Below, in pieces: positions 61,399 through 64,000 of a stretch of 64,000 nucleotides of DNA. The notes beneath the pieces are model-generated. The model was not told the DNA's origin. It saw only the letters and a list, made by a program, of their open reading frames with translations, and searched no databases. Numbering within the stretch: position 1 is the stretch's first letter; each line of letters begins with the position of its first letter. Source of the DNA: an uncultured Rhodocyclaceae bacterium (GTDB lineage Bacteria > Pseudomonadota > Gammaproteobacteria > Burkholderiales > Rhodocyclaceae); the NCBI GenBank assembly GCA_964479195.1, contig CAYZLI010000001.1:28572-92571 (forward strand), written 5' to 3'. A program made the position numbers and the translations under genes.

Positions 61399-61414
61399 GT
61401 TGTCGCGCCCGTTA

Positions 61415-62416
<1,002 letters not shown>

Positions 62417-62459
62417 GGAATCTCTCCTGTTGTGTGAGTCGGGGAGAGTCTAGGGGCGT

Positions 62460-62480
62460 CTTGTTACAGGCTTGTTACAC
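62460..62480 (-). promoter_or_regulatory. Pho box upstream of pstS
   Basis: TGTAACAAG direct repeat with 11-bp period on the minus strand, followed by TAGACT (-10-like). Confidence 0.7.
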
Positions 62481-62503
62481 GTAACAATGGGGCCTCACGG
62501 GGC

Positions 62504-63856
62504 TCAGGCCGCCGCCCGCCGCACGGCGTCGGCGATGGACTGCGCCAGCGCCGCCACCTGCCCGGCCTCGCGACCCTCGACCATGACGCGCAGCAGCGGC
62601 TCCGTGCCGGAGGGCCGCAGCAGCACACGCCCGGCGTCGCCCAGCTCCCGCTCCGCGGCGAGGCGCGCCGATTCGATCTCCGGCCGATTCTTCCAATCGA
62701 AGCCGCTGGGCAGGCGCACGTTGACCAGGGTTTGCGGATAGAGCGCGAGGTCGGCACAAGCCTCCGCCAGGGTCTGGTTCTGCAAGCGAAGAGCGGCCAG
62801 CACCTGCAGCGCCGAGACGATGCCGTCGCCGGTGGTATGCCGGTCGAGGCAGATGATGTGGCCGGAATTCTCCCCGCCCAGCTTCCAGCCGTGCTCCACC
62901 AGCAGCTCCAGAACGTAGCGGTCGCCCACCTTGGCCCGCTGCAAGGGCACCCCCAGCCTGGCCAGCGCATGCTCCAGGCCCAGGTTGGTCATCAGCGTGC
63001 CGACCACACCGGCCAGGCCGCCATTGCCCAGGCGCTGGCGGGCGATGACGTACATGAGCTGGTCGCCGTCATAGAGCCGGCCCGCCTTGTCGGCCATCAG
63101 CACCCGGTCGCCATCACCGTCCAGGGCCACGCCGAGATCGGCACCATGGGTCTGCACAGCCGCCCGCAGCGACTGCGGGGAGGTCGCCCCCACCCCGGCG
63201 TTGATGTTCAGCCCATCGGGCTCGGCGCCTACGGCGACGATTTCCGCCCCCAGTTCGTGGAAAACCTTCGGGGCGATGTGATAGGCGGCGCCATGGGCGC
63301 AATCGACGACGATCTTCAGGCCGCGCAGGTCTAGCTCGGTGGGGAAGGTGCTCTTGCAGAATTCGATGTAGCGCCCCGCGGCGTCATCGACGCGGCGGGC
63401 CTTGCCCAGATGCGCCGGCGCCGCGCAGCCGATTGGCTGCTCCAGCCGCGCCTCGATCTCGGCCTCGACCGCATCCGGCAGCTTCGTGCCCGAGGCGGCG
63501 AAGAACTTGATGCCGTTGTCCGGATAGGGATTGTGGGAGGCCGATATGACGATGCCGGCCTGCAGGCGCAGCGCCCGCGTCAGGTAGGCGATCGCCGGCG
63601 TCGGCAGCGGGCCGGTGAGCATCACATCGACGCCGGCGGCGGCAAAGCCTGCCTCCAGCGCCGCTTCCAGCATGTAGCCGGAAATACGGGTGTCCTTGCC
63701 GATCAGCACCGCCGGGTGCTCCCCCGCCGGCAGGTGTTCCCGCGCGACGAGCGTCGTGCCCGCCGCATAGCCCAGGCGCAGGACGAAATCCGGCGTGATG
63801 GGCGCCTCGCCCACCGTGCCCCGCACGCCATCCGTGCCGAAGTACTTTCTCGCCAT
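62504..63856 (-). CDS. glmM: Phosphoglucosamine mutase
   Basis: [29 protein letters not shown]. Confidence 0.97.
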   Translation of the reverse strand: MARKYFGTDGVRGTVGEAPITPDFVLRLGYAAGTTLVAREHLPAGEHPAVLIGKDTRISGYMLEAALEAGFAAAGVDVMLTGPLPTPAIAYLTRALRLQAGIVISASHNPYPDNGIKFFAASGTKLPDAVEAEIEARLEQPIGCAAPAHLGKARRVDDAAGRYIEFCKSTFPTELDLRGLKIVVDCAHGAAYHIAPKVFHELGAEIVAVGAEPDGLNINAGVGATSPQSLRAAVQTHGADLGVALDGDGDRVLMADKAGRLYDGDQLMYVIARQRLGNGGLAGVVGTLMTNLGLEHALARLGVPLQRAKVGDRYVLELLVEHGWKLGGENSGHIICLDRHTTGDGIVSALQVLAALRLQNQTLAEACADLALYPQTLVNVRLPSGFDWKNRPEIESARLAAERELGDAGRVLLRPSGTEPLLRVMVEGREAGQVAALAQSIADAVRRAAA

Positions 63857-63864
63857 GCCTCCCC

Positions 63865-64000
63865 CTACGACCCGGCGTCGACGGCGGCCAGAACCGCCAG
63901 CGCATCCTTGGTCGCCGCCACATCATGAACGCGCAGGATTCTAGCCCCTTTTTGCACGGCGATGAGCGCCGCGGCCAGGCCGCCCGGCAGCCGCTCGCCG
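63865..64000 (-). CDS. folP: Dihydropteroate synthase C-terminus (partial)
   Basis: [17 protein letters not shown]; canonical folP-glmM order. Confidence 0.9.
   Translation of the reverse strand, partial: GERLPGGLAAALIAVQKGARILRVHDVAATKDALAVLAAVDAGS

Overview
High-GC betaproteobacterial chromosome segment; gene content suggests Rhodocyclales/Sterolibacteriaceae-like, which is an inference. The right third is housekeeping: folP(partial)-glmM-pstSCAB-tpiA-secG-tRNA-Leu-nuoA-N. The rest is a lithotrophy region with four parts. (1) A complete reverse-Dsr sulfur-oxidation operon, dsrABEFHCMKLJOPNR-cysG. (2) A divergent accessory operon: small conserved protein, a SOLO Cas6 with no CRISPR array or other cas genes in the window, a tandem-TusA protein, a DsrC paralog lacking the terminal Cys, a hypothetical and a TauD-like oxygenase. 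A probable APS:phosphate adenylyltransferase (apt) converges on it. (3) A cyc2-like outer-membrane cytochrome-porin followed by two diheme c4, duplicated c5 cytochromes and a split PAS/MCP energy-taxis pair, with its own two-component system (candidate Fe(II)-oxidation module). (4) A block between nuoN and a NUDIX gene: a sigma54-controlled sNOR-type NO reductase operon (norSY-senC-orf) with an FNT channel, and a 151-aa protein that appears to keep the Cys and 2-His-1-Glu motifs of sulfur oxygenase reductase in half the length. Several families of palindromic repeats/MITEs sit inside the dsr operon and inside coding sequences. All assignments come from motif recognition by eye; no database searches were run.
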